Shown: positions 1 through 8,626 of the stretch, piece by piece | Numbering within the stretch: the first letter of the stretch is position 1 | How the letters are laid out: every line of letters begins with the position of its first letter | NCBI GenBank assembly: GCA_964654735.1 | Contig: CAZZML010000001.1 | Span: 1 to 32,074, forward strand | DNA: 32,074 nucleotides | Origin: an uncultured Roseivirgaceae bacterium | GTDB lineage: Bacteria > Bacteroidota > Bacteroidia > Cytophagales > Cyclobacteriaceae | Direction: 5' to 3' | The notes under the pieces: model-generated | Told to the model about the DNA's origin: nothing | The model's database searches: none | Seen by the model: only the letters and a program-made list of their open reading frames with translations | Made by a program: the position numbers and the translations under genes

Positions 1-17
1 ATTGAGCATAAAAATGG

Positions 18-50
18 CTGAATAGTTACGATTATTCATGAATTATTCAG
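18..50 (-). terminator. Candidate weak intrinsic terminator hairpin downstream of the 65..445 (-) gene
   Basis: On the + strand, CTGAATA (18-24) and TATTCAG (44-50) are reverse complements. This gives a 7-bp stem and a 19-nt loop containing the 10-bp palindrome ATTCATGAAT (34-43). On the minus-strand transcript the stem is followed by CCATTTTTA. It lies 14 nt past the stop codon. The stem is AT-rich and weak. Confidence 0.25.
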
Positions 51-64
51 GTTAGAAATTAAAC

Positions 65-445
65 TTATTCGTGGTATGGAGAGTTTGATTTTTTCTCCTT
101 TTTAAGCATAGATACAAATAGGCTTCCGGTGAGGCTGCTAAATCCTCCTATAAGTGCACCAACTAAGGCAGTAGCTAACATTAATTGCATACTCGATTCT
201 AAGCCTAGCAATGCTGCTACTTTACCACTTAATAAGCTTTTATTGGCAGTATCAAGGCTGTTGGCTAAGAAAAACCAGAGACCTCCTACACCCAAAAAAC
301 CTGCTAAAAACGAATAAAACCCTTTATGATATAATAGTATTGTGGCCAATGCTGCTCCTGCCATTACACCCCACCATGGAAGAACATATTGAGCTAGAAA
401 GCTTAGCGTTATTACCAAAATCAGTTGAATTAGGAAACGTATCAT
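65..445 (-). CDS. Small integral membrane protein of unknown function (126 aa)
   Basis: The ORF has about four clean hydrophobic segments (LIQLILVITLSFLAQYVLPWW, GFYSFLAGFLGVGGLWFFLA, LMLATALVGALIGGF) and a basic C-terminal tail (KKEKKS). It sits 5 nt downstream of the acylase gene on the same strand. I recognise no family. Confidence 0.55.
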   Translation of the reverse strand: MIRFLIQLILVITLSFLAQYVLPWWGVMAGAALATILLYHKGFYSFLAGFLGVGGLWFFLANSLDTANKSLLSGKVAALLGLESSMQLMLATALVGALIGGFSSLTGSLFVSMLKKEKKSNSPYHE

Positions 446-450
446 AATGC

Positions 451-2880
451 TTAGTTTAGGGGGGTTAATGTTTGTAGAACTTGTGTGTGATTGGGTTCTG
501 AATCAGGAGCTTTCATTAAGTACAAATTAAAGTATTTACCAGCTGCCCAATCGTCTATCATATCATCATAATGTACACTTCCCGGGTTGCCTGATTGCCC
601 ACCTGGATATACACCATAGGCTTTTATTCCATTTGGGTCTAGTTCAACTATCATTCGCCAAGAAGGGCCGTGATTTTCGGAAGTGGCATTTACAATATTA
701 TGATTACCGCCTATTGGAATATTATAAGTACCGAAGGGCTTTAATCTTAAAAGGTGTTTAATATAGGTCTGTTTATAATCTTGCCAGTTTAATGAAGTGG
801 TCGAGTCCCGGGCTCTTTCATTCATCACAACGGCCATATCTTTAAATGATTTAGTAATGATATCGAACCCATTTTCCTTAGCAGTACTCGATTCTAAATC
901 AAATAATTCAAAATAAGGATTGTCTTTCAATAATTTAATGGTGTTATAGGCGGTTGGGTATCCCATAGCTACTTTACTCGCTTTCAATTCATCCCACGAT
1001 AATCGGTAAAGTGTATCCCACCAAGCCTCATAATAAGAAGCACCTTTGGCTTCGATGTTATTATAAAGGTTCCAATTTTTAAGAACACTCAAGGCTTCTT
1101 GCTCTTTAATATTTAGCTCTAGTGTATCCACAACACCAAGAAAGTAAGGAAGGGATTCTGCTGCTTTTAAATTGTAATTATCATTTTGAAGTCCCATTAA
1201 ATCTTCAATTAAAATACTGTCCATAGCCCTTAACCTGTTGTTTATTCTCCGATTTCGGTAAGATTCATAGCTACGAGCTGTTATATAATAAGGATAGGTG
1301 GAATCAGCAGGGTATTGATTGGCCGAAGAAACAAACCCTCGCTCAGGATTTTTATACATTATATTTTGTTCATAAGGAATGAAAGTCCAATCATGTTCGG
1401 TAGTGCTTCCATCCAATAAAAATTTACCTTCTTCAAAACCTTTATTTGGGTATTTCCCTTGTACTCTCATAGCAATATCACCCTGAACCGAAGCAAAGGC
1501 GAAATTTTGTGCGGGAGCAGAATAATAATCTAATGCAGCCATATAGTCTGCATGATTTTTAGCCCTATTCAATTTGTAAAAAGCAAGTGCTTCTAACGAT
1601 GGGTCGTGGGCAATCCAACGTAAGGCATAATATTTTTTCTCAGATGATGAGTGGAATGAATCATCGAACATAACAGGGCCAAAGTGAGTATATAGTACAG
1701 TATCATAAATTGGTTCTGCACCGGCAATTTTTATTTCCTCAATTTTCTTTTCGGTTGTAACCCATTTGCCATCCAATTTATACTCATTATGGGTGTTGTC
1801 TTTAAAGCTTATTTTATACCAATCCACCAAATCGCGTTGGGCATTAGTTACCCCCCAGGCAATAGAATCGTTAAAGCCAATAATTACGTTTGGTGAGCCG
1901 GGCAGACTTGCCCCCATTACGTTTACATCGGGCGATGATAATTGAATGGTGTACCATAAAGAGGGCAGATTTAGCCCAAGGTGAGGGTCGCTGCATAAAA
2001 CAGGGTTGCCCGATTTTGTTTTAGAACCAGATACAGCCCAGTTATTGCTTCCATTATAAATATTAGGCTCAGGCACTAATTTATTGGTAATTAATTCTAC
2101 AACCTGTTCAGGAGCTATTGAATCTTTTAAAATGGGTTCAAAATTCCATTCGCCCGGCTTGCTCACAATAGGGTCTAATGGGGTGTCTATATCAGGGTAA
2201 AGCAAATCAAAGGTTTCTCTGCCTAATAGAGCCAGAGCATTGGTGTTTTGTAAATCTTTTTCGCCAAACGACAAATCATTAGCCATATACTTTAATAATA
2301 AGGCTGCTTTAAGATTCGTCCAGGGCTCCGGTTTATATCCAAGTAACTTATATTCAAAAGGTAAATTTGCCTGAGAAAGTGACTGGATATAGGCATTAAT
2401 CCCTTTGGTATAAGCGTTTACCACACCTAATATTTCTGGCTCCGATTGCATTGCCGCAATAAAGTTTTCTGCGGCAAACACCATTCCTTTACGTCTTGCA
2501 GTCCTGTCGTAATCTTGCACGCCCTTATTTACACCCAAAATTTCAGAAAGCCTTCCTGCCGCAGCGTGGGTTTGAAACTCCATTTGCCATAACCGATCTT
2601 TGGCGGTTATATAACCTTGTGCAAAATACAGGTCGTGGTTGTTTTTGGCGAAAATATGCGGGAACATACTTTTATCATAGGTGACAGTAACCTGTTCAGT
2701 TAGCCCCTCAAGGTCTAAATGTTCATCAAATTCGGCTTCACTAGGTTCTCCATTTTGCCAAAAACCTACTGTTGGAGAAAGGAAATTGCCTAAAGGAGGT
2801 GCTGGGTCTAACTTAATGCTAAGTGCATACCCAAGACCAATGGTGATAACTAAAGAGAAGATAAACTTAAAAGCTTTCAT
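451..2880 (-). CDS. Penicillin acylase / acyl-homoserine-lactone acylase family Ntn hydrolase, secreted (809 aa)
   Basis: N-terminal signal-like segment MKAFKFIFSLVITIGLGYALS. The motif YNGSNNWAVSGSKTKSGNPVLCSDPHL matches the autoproteolytic site and beta-subunit N-terminal Ser nucleophile of the penicillin amidase family. The length is typical of that family. Confidence 0.88.
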   Translation of the reverse strand: MKAFKFIFSLVITIGLGYALSIKLDPAPPLGNFLSPTVGFWQNGEPSEAEFDEHLDLEGLTEQVTVTYDKSMFPHIFAKNNHDLYFAQGYITAKDRLWQMEFQTHAAAGRLSEILGVNKGVQDYDRTARRKGMVFAAENFIAAMQSEPEILGVVNAYTKGINAYIQSLSQANLPFEYKLLGYKPEPWTNLKAALLLKYMANDLSFGEKDLQNTNALALLGRETFDLLYPDIDTPLDPIVSKPGEWNFEPILKDSIAPEQVVELITNKLVPEPNIYNGSNNWAVSGSKTKSGNPVLCSDPHLGLNLPSLWYTIQLSSPDVNVMGASLPGSPNVIIGFNDSIAWGVTNAQRDLVDWYKISFKDNTHNEYKLDGKWVTTEKKIEEIKIAGAEPIYDTVLYTHFGPVMFDDSFHSSSEKKYYALRWIAHDPSLEALAFYKLNRAKNHADYMAALDYYSAPAQNFAFASVQGDIAMRVQGKYPNKGFEEGKFLLDGSTTEHDWTFIPYEQNIMYKNPERGFVSSANQYPADSTYPYYITARSYESYRNRRINNRLRAMDSILIEDLMGLQNDNYNLKAAESLPYFLGVVDTLELNIKEQEALSVLKNWNLYNNIEAKGASYYEAWWDTLYRLSWDELKASKVAMGYPTAYNTIKLLKDNPYFELFDLESSTAKENGFDIITKSFKDMAVVMNERARDSTTSLNWQDYKQTYIKHLLRLKPFGTYNIPIGGNHNIVNATSENHGPSWRMIVELDPNGIKAYGVYPGGQSGNPGSVHYDDMIDDWAAGKYFNLYLMKAPDSEPNHTQVLQTLTPLN

Positions 2881-2958
2881 AAGACAAAAATTAAAACCCT
2901 AAATTATAGATAAATAAACTATTCAGCAATTCAATATTTCTTACAAGAATAACTTTAT

Positions 2959-3483
2959 TTGCCATTGATGAATCCGAAAAATCCAAACGAAAAAAAATGG
3001 CTTGTGTTTTATACCAAAAGCAGGGCTGAAAAAAAGACATTAGAATACCTTCAAAAATTTGGGTTCGAAGCTTGGTTGCCAATGCATAAAGTGCTTCGGC
3101 AATGGAGTGACCGTAAGAAAAAAGTGGAGATTCCGCTATTTAATTCGTACATTTTTGTAAAGGATATAGAAGCCAATATTGGCGAAATATTGAAGGTTCA
3201 GGGAATATCGTGGAACATCCGCCATAATGGAAAACCGGCCGTTTTGCACTCAACCGAGCAAGCAACTATTCAACGATTTATTGAAACTGGCCTTACTTTA
3301 GAAACACAAGCGATCCAAGAGTTAGTCCAAGGCCAAAAAGTACAAGTAATGGACGGGCTCTTAAAAGGCCAAATTGGAGAAGTGGAAGCTAACTATAATG
3401 AAGACAAGCTATATGTTACCATCGAAAGTTTGGGGCAGCAAGTGATGGTTACTATCGATAAGGGATTGCTAAAACCTTTGTAG
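2959..3483 (+). CDS. upxY: UpxY-family (NusG-like) transcription antiterminator, first gene of the polysaccharide locus
   Basis: NGN-like N-terminus (KKWLVFYTKSRAEKKTLEYLQKFGFEAWLPM ... IPLFNSYIFV) followed by a KOW-like segment (GQKVQVMDGLLKGQIGEV). It is positioned directly upstream of wza/wzc. The track start at 2959 is TTG, and an in-frame ATG at 2968 (MNPKNPNEKKW) is at least as likely. Confidence 0.85.
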   Translation: MPLMNPKNPNEKKWLVFYTKSRAEKKTLEYLQKFGFEAWLPMHKVLRQWSDRKKKVEIPLFNSYIFVKDIEANIGEILKVQGISWNIRHNGKPAVLHSTEQATIQRFIETGLTLETQAIQELVQGQKVQVMDGLLKGQIGEVEANYNEDKLYVTIESLGQQVMVTIDKGLLKPL

Positions 3484-3559
3484 CTAGTTAGTTGGTATTT
3501 TTGCATAAAAAATGGGTTACCTACCCTTTAACTAATTGCATCTAATTTGGTGAAATTGA

Positions 3560-3590
3560 TTTGATTAAGCGTAAAATCAACCTATTTTTG
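3560..3590 (+). promoter_or_regulatory. Candidate Bacteroidota sigma-A-type promoter (TTTG-N19-TAnnTTTG) in the upxY-wza leader
   Basis: TTTG at 3560-3563, a 19-nt spacer, then TATTTTTG at 3583-3590, which matches TAnnTTTG exactly. The spacing fits the 19-21 nt described for the Bacteroides -33/-7 consensus. A chance match is plausible in AT-rich DNA. The element overlaps the hairpin at 3569-3599. Confidence 0.3.
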
Positions 3591-3599
3591 ATTTTACGC
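3569..3599 (+). terminator. Perfect 12-bp stem / 7-nt loop hairpin; candidate terminator or attenuator between upxY and wza
   Basis: GCGTAAAATCAA (3569-3580) and TTGATTTTACGC (3588-3599) are exact reverse complements, with loop CCTATTT between them. There is no immediate U-tract (the stem is followed by CTACTCTGCATTTTG), so this is not a canonical intrinsic terminator. Confidence 0.35.
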
Positions 3600-3696
3600 C
3601 TACTCTGCATTTTGTGACTGAGGAGGCGGAGCTGTGCATAATAAAATGAATCGAAATTAGGATTATTTTAATTGACAGAATAGATTAGCTAGAATT

Positions 3697-4494
3697 ATGA
3701 AACAATTACTATTAGTTCTTATATCCATTATTATTACAAGTTGTGTGGTTAATAAGAAAGTTCAATACCTTCAGCATAGTGATGTAAACATAAAATCTGA
3801 TGTAGTTGAAAAGGACAGCATTTTAAGAACCTACAACTTGAGCGACTTTGAGTATAAACTTCAACCTGAAGATATTATTTCAGTTAAATTCTACAGTTTA
3901 ACTCCAAAAGAGTTTGATTTTTTTACATTGAAAGAAGGCAATGGAAATAGCTTTAATCAATTTCAGAATGGTGCTTCGATTCTTATTAATGGTTATTTAA
4001 TTGATGAAAATGGAGAAGTGGAATTTCCCGTAGTTGGTAAAGTGAATATTAATGGACTATCAGTATATGATGCCCAAAATGAAATTCTAAAAATTGCAAA
4101 GCAATATTTAGAAAGCCCAGTTGTAGAAGTAAGATTATTGAACTTTAGGTTTACACTTTTGGGAGAAGTTAGAAAAGAAGGTGCAATAGGATCACTCAAT
4201 AATAGAATTACTTTTTTGGAGGCAATAGGGTTAGCAGGTGGCTTTACTGACTATGCTGATAAATCAAATATTAAGGTAATACGCCAAGGAGATGGGAAGG
4301 CTGAAATTTACTATTTAGATTTATTAGAAGAAGATTTTATTAGATCACCTTTTTATTATATGAACCAAAATGATGTAATTATTGTGCCTCCATTAAAACA
4401 GAGACCATACCAAATTTATTTTGGTAAGAACCTTGCACTTGTTATATCATCTATCTCGTTGCTGTTAATTGCATTAAACTTAGTTCGACAATAA
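3697..4494 (+). CDS. wza: Polysaccharide export outer-membrane lipoprotein (Wza / Poly_export + SLBB family)
   Basis: Lipoprotein signal with lipobox (LLLVLISIIITSC). PES-type motif region (YKLQPEDIISVKF). SLBB-like region (RITFLEAIGLAGGFTDYADKSNIKVIR) and NDVIIVPP. C-terminal hydrophobic helix (LALVISSISLLLIALNLV). Located immediately upstream of wzc. Confidence 0.85.
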   Translation: MKQLLLVLISIIITSCVVNKKVQYLQHSDVNIKSDVVEKDSILRTYNLSDFEYKLQPEDIISVKFYSLTPKEFDFFTLKEGNGNSFNQFQNGASILINGYLIDENGEVEFPVVGKVNINGLSVYDAQNEILKIAKQYLESPVVEVRLLNFRFTLLGEVRKEGAIGSLNNRITFLEAIGLAGGFTDYADKSNIKVIRQGDGKAEIYYLDLLEEDFIRSPFYYMNQNDVIIVPPLKQRPYQIYFGKNLALVISSISLLLIALNLVRQ

Positions 4495-4559
4495 GCAGCA
4501 TGATTGATGCAAAAAACAAACTTTACACTTCATTATACTATCAAAGAAAATTTTATTAA

Positions 4560-6923
4560 TTGAAACCACTTTTAGAATCATCTAATTACTCAAAAATTGA
4601 AGAGGAAAAACCTTTAGTTAATTATAAACGAGTCTGGTATCGTATACTTCGCTACTGGTACTTGGTCGGGTTATCTCTGTTTATTGCGCTATGTTTATCT
4701 TATATATATAATCGCTATGCATCCAAAACATATGCGGTGGCAGCTTCCATTATTATTAAAGAAAGCGAAGAGGCGGGGCAAACAGCTGAATTACTTTATA
4801 ATAATCCGCTGGTAGACGCCTATCGAAATTTTTTGAACGAGCCTTACATAATTAAATCGTACCCGCTTTTACAAAAGGTGGTTGATTCACTTAACCTTTC
4901 AGTTGCTATCTATAAAGAGGGGAATATCAAGACCACTGAACTGTATAAAATTTTACCTCTGAAAATTAGTGGCAATAAAAAGTTATCTAAGTATCTTATT
5001 GGATTATATAACTTTGAAATTATTAACAGCAATGAGTTTGTACTAACCTCTCGAATTGAAGAAGGCAGCGATAGTTTGGTCTCATCTGAACCTAAAGTGT
5101 ACCATGGTAGTTTCAGTAAACCAATTAAAGTTGAAGGATTTCCTATTACGATTTCAAAAACTGGAAGTATTGCTAGCAAAATAAATCAAGAGTATATTAT
5201 TAGCTTTTTAGACGGGTACAAATTAGCAATTTTATACTCATCTAGGCTCACAGTTGATTGGGCCGAAGAAGGAGCTTCTATAGTTAATCTTGGAATTAAC
5301 GGAGCTTTGGCAAGTAAAGAAATCGATTTTTTAAAAAAATTAATTTATGTTTATACACAACATGATTTAAGGATAAAAAAAGAAGTTGCAACAAATGCTA
5401 AAGAATTTATTGATCAGCAACTTTCTTACATATCAGATTCTCTTCTTTTGGTTGAAATGCAGCTAGAGCGATTTAAAGATAACAACACTCAAATTGACTT
5501 AGGAGCTGAAGCCTATCGAACATTGTCTAAAATTGATGAACTAGAAAAAACTAAAACTTCGTACATACTTAAAGAAAATTATTATCAATACCTCTTAACA
5601 TATCTGAAAGATGAAAATTTGCTTGATCAAATTATTTTACCTTCTGCGATGGGGGTAACAGATCCGGTTATGGTGGGTTTGATTAGCCAAATGGTAGAAT
5701 TACAACTACAGGCAAAAATAATGGAGAAACAAACAAGTGGAGAAACTCCTCTCACTACTAATTTGCTTCATCAGATAAAAGATTTAAGATCCGCCATTTT
5801 AGAGAGTATTAGAAATTTACAATCAACGGATCAAATTGTTATGGCTCAATTAAATGGAGAGCTAAAATTATTGGAAAAGCAACTTAGTAGTCTACCCAAG
5901 GAAGAGCGTCAATTGGCTACCATTCAGCGAACTTATAACTTAGGAGAAAACTTATATGTTTTTCTAACTCAAAAGCGTACAGAAGCCGCTATATCAGAAG
6001 CCTCAACAACTTCTGATATTATGATTGTTAACCCTCCTGGGCAGGTTGGTGGTTCTATTTCACCTAAAATCCAGCAAAACTATTTGGTGGCGATTATACT
6101 AGGCTTGGGAATCCCTTTTGCTTTCTTTGTAATTTTAGAATTACTCAATGATAAAATCCAATCACGAGAGGATATTGAGCTTGCTACTTCAATTCCTATT
6201 ATTGGTGTTATTGGCCACAACAACGATCCTATTCACATGGTGGTTAGCAACAAACCAAAGTCAGCTATGGCTGAAGCCTTTAGGTCGCTGCGTTCGAACC
6301 TTAATTATTTCGTGAATAAAGACAAGTTTGTTATGATGATTACTTCTTCTATTAGTGGTGAAGGGAAATCATTTACAGCACTCAATCTCGCTAATATTCT
6401 AGCACTATCGGGTAAAAAAACGATTATTCTTGGTGCTGATATGCGTAGGCCAAGACTTTTTCAAGAAATGAATATTAGCAATGCTGTTGGCTTAAGTAAT
6501 TTCTTATCAAGGCAATCCGAGTGGAAAACAGTTATTCAACCCACCGGTATTGATAACTTAGACATAATTACAAGCGGACCAATTCCACCTAATCCAGGAG
6601 AACTGTTGTTGAGATCTGAGTTTACTGATTTGATAAACAAACTGAAGGATTTATACGATGTAGTATTGATTGACACACCTCCAATTGGAATTGTTGCAGA
6701 TGCCTTAGAAGTAGGGCTCATTGTAGATTATACCCTCTTTATAGCTCGACAAAATTATACACCTAAAGAAGCAATAGTATCAGTACAAAATCATGTTTCA
6801 CAAGGCAAGCTAAAGAATATTAGCCTAGTTTTTAATGATATTTATAAATTTGGACCTGGTTATGGTTATGGTTACGGCTATGGTTACGGCTATGGTTATG
6901 AATCTAGTTATTATAGTACTTAA
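4560..6923 (+). CDS. wzc: Wzc-type polysaccharide co-polymerase / BY-kinase (chain-length determinant plus tyrosine autokinase)
   Basis: N-terminal TM segment (YWYLVGLSLFIALCLSYIY), a long coiled periplasmic region and a second TM segment (LVAIILGLGIPFAFFVILELL). Walker A (SSISGEGKS), Walker A-prime (VVLIDTPP) and a Tyr-rich C-terminal tail (GYGYGYGYGYGYGYESSYYST). The TTG start at 4560 is effectively forced: TAA lies at 4557-4559, and the next in-frame start codon falls inside the first TM segment. Confidence 0.9.
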   Translation: MKPLLESSNYSKIEEEKPLVNYKRVWYRILRYWYLVGLSLFIALCLSYIYNRYASKTYAVAASIIIKESEEAGQTAELLYNNPLVDAYRNFLNEPYIIKSYPLLQKVVDSLNLSVAIYKEGNIKTTELYKILPLKISGNKKLSKYLIGLYNFEIINSNEFVLTSRIEEGSDSLVSSEPKVYHGSFSKPIKVEGFPITISKTGSIASKINQEYIISFLDGYKLAILYSSRLTVDWAEEGASIVNLGINGALASKEIDFLKKLIYVYTQHDLRIKKEVATNAKEFIDQQLSYISDSLLLVEMQLERFKDNNTQIDLGAEAYRTLSKIDELEKTKTSYILKENYYQYLLTYLKDENLLDQIILPSAMGVTDPVMVGLISQMVELQLQAKIMEKQTSGETPLTTNLLHQIKDLRSAILESIRNLQSTDQIVMAQLNGELKLLEKQLSSLPKEERQLATIQRTYNLGENLYVFLTQKRTEAAISEASTTSDIMIVNPPGQVGGSISPKIQQNYLVAIILGLGIPFAFFVILELLNDKIQSREDIELATSIPIIGVIGHNNDPIHMVVSNKPKSAMAEAFRSLRSNLNYFVNKDKFVMMITSSISGEGKSFTALNLANILALSGKKTIILGADMRRPRLFQEMNISNAVGLSNFLSRQSEWKTVIQPTGIDNLDIITSGPIPPNPGELLLRSEFTDLINKLKDLYDVVLIDTPPIGIVADALEVGLIVDYTLFIARQNYTPKEAIVSVQNHVSQGKLKNISLVFNDIYKFGPGYGYGYGYGYGYGYESSYYST
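6858..6899 (+). repeat. Hexanucleotide tandem repeat (GGY TAY)x7 encoding the (Gly-Tyr)7 autophosphorylation tail of Wzc
   Basis: Read directly as ggt tat ggt tat ggt tac ggc tat ggt tac ggc tat ggt tat. The seven units differ only at synonymous third positions. Confidence 0.9.
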
Positions 6924-6926
6924 TCT

Positions 6927-8054
6927 ATGAATAAAATTGAAATGGTTGATTTGGGTCGGCAGTATCAAAAGATTAAAAGTTCCATTGATAAGGAAATTTT
7001 AAATGTAATTGATAAAACCGATTTTATCAAAGGGATGGCACTATTTGAATTTGAAAAGAACTTGGGTTCTTATCTTGACGGTGCTAGTGTTATTGGTTGT
7101 GCAAATGGTACTGACGCACTTCAAATTGCATTAATGGCCTTAGGGCTAAAAAGAGGCGATGAAGTTATAGTTCCTTCATTTACTTATGTTGCTACTGTAG
7201 AGGTTATTGCTCTTTTAGGATTAACCCCAGTATTAGTAGATGTTCACTCAGATACTTTTAATATTGATTTAAACGGTTTAGATGAAGTTATTACTGATAA
7301 AACCAAGGCTATTATTCCTGTACACTTGTATGGTCAAGCAGCAGATATGGATAAAGTCCTTTCTTTTGCTCGAAAGCATAATTTATTTGTTGTAGAAGAC
7401 TCAGCTCAAGGAATAGGGGGTACAATAAAAATTGAGGGCATTAATAAAAAATTAGCAACAATAGGAGATATTGGTTGTCTGTCTTTTTTTCCTTCTAAAA
7501 ACTTAGGTTGCTATGGAGACGGTGGTGCTTTGGTTACAAAAAATAAGCAATTGGCTCACAAAATTAGAATGATTGCCAACCACGGGCAAGAAAAAAAATA
7601 CCACCATGATATTGTTGGTATCAATAGCCGATTGGATACCATTCAATCAGCCATTTTAAATGTGAAGTTACCGCAACTTGAAGGATACAATAATGCCAGA
7701 AGAAGTGTGGCCAAGTTGTATGACCAAGGGTTGTCAGATGTGTTAGAGTTGGAAACACCTGTAAGAAATTTAGGCATCAAACATGTATTTCATCAATATA
7801 CAGTTAAGGTTAAAAATGACAAAAGAGATCAGTTAAAGAATTATCTTAAAGAAAAAGGGATTCCTAGTATGATTTACTACCCATTGCCCGTTCATAAACA
7901 AAAGGCTTATAAAGATATTGTTAAAGTGGGCGGAAGTTTGAAAAATACCGATACGCTCACAAAAACTGTATTATCACTGCCAATCCATACAGAAATGGAT
8001 GAAGAGCAACAAGCATATATTATTCAAGAAATTCGCCATTTTTTTAACTCATGA
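6927..8054 (+). CDS. wbpE: DegT/DnrJ/EryC1/StrS-family PLP aminotransferase, WbpE-like (3-keto-UDP-GlcNAcA aminotransferase type)
   Basis: Family motifs: GCANGTDALQIAL, EVIVPSFTYVATVE, VVEDSAQGIGG, and SFFPSKNLGCYGDGGA containing the PLP lysine. It overlaps WbpD-like and WbpB-like genes. Substrate assignment rests on context only. Confidence 0.8.
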   Translation: MNKIEMVDLGRQYQKIKSSIDKEILNVIDKTDFIKGMALFEFEKNLGSYLDGASVIGCANGTDALQIALMALGLKRGDEVIVPSFTYVATVEVIALLGLTPVLVDVHSDTFNIDLNGLDEVITDKTKAIIPVHLYGQAADMDKVLSFARKHNLFVVEDSAQGIGGTIKIEGINKKLATIGDIGCLSFFPSKNLGCYGDGGALVTKNKQLAHKIRMIANHGQEKKYHHDIVGINSRLDTIQSAILNVKLPQLEGYNNARRSVAKLYDQGLSDVLELETPVRNLGIKHVFHQYTVKVKNDKRDQLKNYLKEKGIPSMIYYPLPVHKQKAYKDIVKVGGSLKNTDTLTKTVLSLPIHTEMDEEQQAYIIQEIRHFFNS

Positions 8055-8626
8055 GTAACTACTTTGCCCATGAAACAGCAATAATAGAACCTAGTGCAGT
8101 TATTGGTGCCGGATCTAAAATTTGGCATTTCTCTCATGTTATGAAAGACTGTGTGCTTGGTAACAACTGCAATATTGGTCAAAACGTGGTAGTATCTCCA
8201 CAAGTGGTATTAGGGAATAATGTAAAAGTGCAAAACAACGTATCAATATATACAGGGGTTATTTGTGAAAACGATGTGTTTCTAGGGCCTTCATGTGTTT
8301 TTACCAATGTAATAAATCCTAGAAGTAGAGTAAATAGAAAAGGGCAATATACCAAAACAATTGTTAAAGAAGGTGCCTCTATAGGGGCAAATGCTACTAT
8401 AATATGTGGTTATAATATAGGTAAATACGCTTTTATTGGAGCAGGTGCAGTAATAACTAAAGAAGTACCCAATTATGCATTAATTGTTGGTAATCCTGGG
8501 AAACAAATAGGTTGGATGAGTGAATATGGTACAACCCTTAAATTTAATAAAGAAGGATTAGCTAAATGTAGCGAAGAGGGTGGTATGTATAAATTAAAAA
8601 ATGATATGGTAACAAAGTTGAAATGA
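8051..8626 (+). CDS. wbpD: Left-handed beta-helix N-acetyltransferase, WbpD-like
   Basis: Consecutive hexapeptide repeats (IGAGSKIWHFSHV, LGNNCNIGQNVVV, LGNNVKVQNNVSI, IGANATIICG, IGAGAVITKEVP, VGNPGKQIGWMSEYG). Length about 190 aa. ATGA overlap with the upstream aminotransferase. Confidence 0.8.
   Translation: MSNYFAHETAIIEPSAVIGAGSKIWHFSHVMKDCVLGNNCNIGQNVVVSPQVVLGNNVKVQNNVSIYTGVICENDVFLGPSCVFTNVINPRSRVNRKGQYTKTIVKEGASIGANATIICGYNIGKYAFIGAGAVITKEVPNYALIVGNPGKQIGWMSEYGTTLKFNKEGLAKCSEEGGMYKLKNDMVTKLK

Noticed and set aside
1-21. Possible 3-prime end of a + strand CDS (att gag cat aaa aat ggc tga) convergent with the minus-strand gene
   Set aside because: Only six codons are visible, which cannot be supported from this window.
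129-447. Two + strand ORFs (62 aa and 78 aa) overlapping the 65..445 minus-strand gene
   Set aside because: They are antisense shadows of a minus-strand ORF that encodes clean transmembrane helices. Their translations are low-complexity, with no start context or motifs.
2950-2957. A near-consensus -7 promoter element TAACTTTA upstream of upxY
   Set aside because: It mismatches the final G of TAnnTTTG. It lies only about 10 nt from the ATG at 2968 and overlaps the TTG start option. I found no suitably spaced TTTG partner.
2496-3082. ORFs 2496..2684 (+), 2681..2902 (+) and 2891..3082 (-)
   Set aside because: The first two lie antisense within the well-supported acylase gene. The third overlaps the upxY start region on the opposite strand. 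All are short, have no recognisable features, and are typical shadow ORFs.
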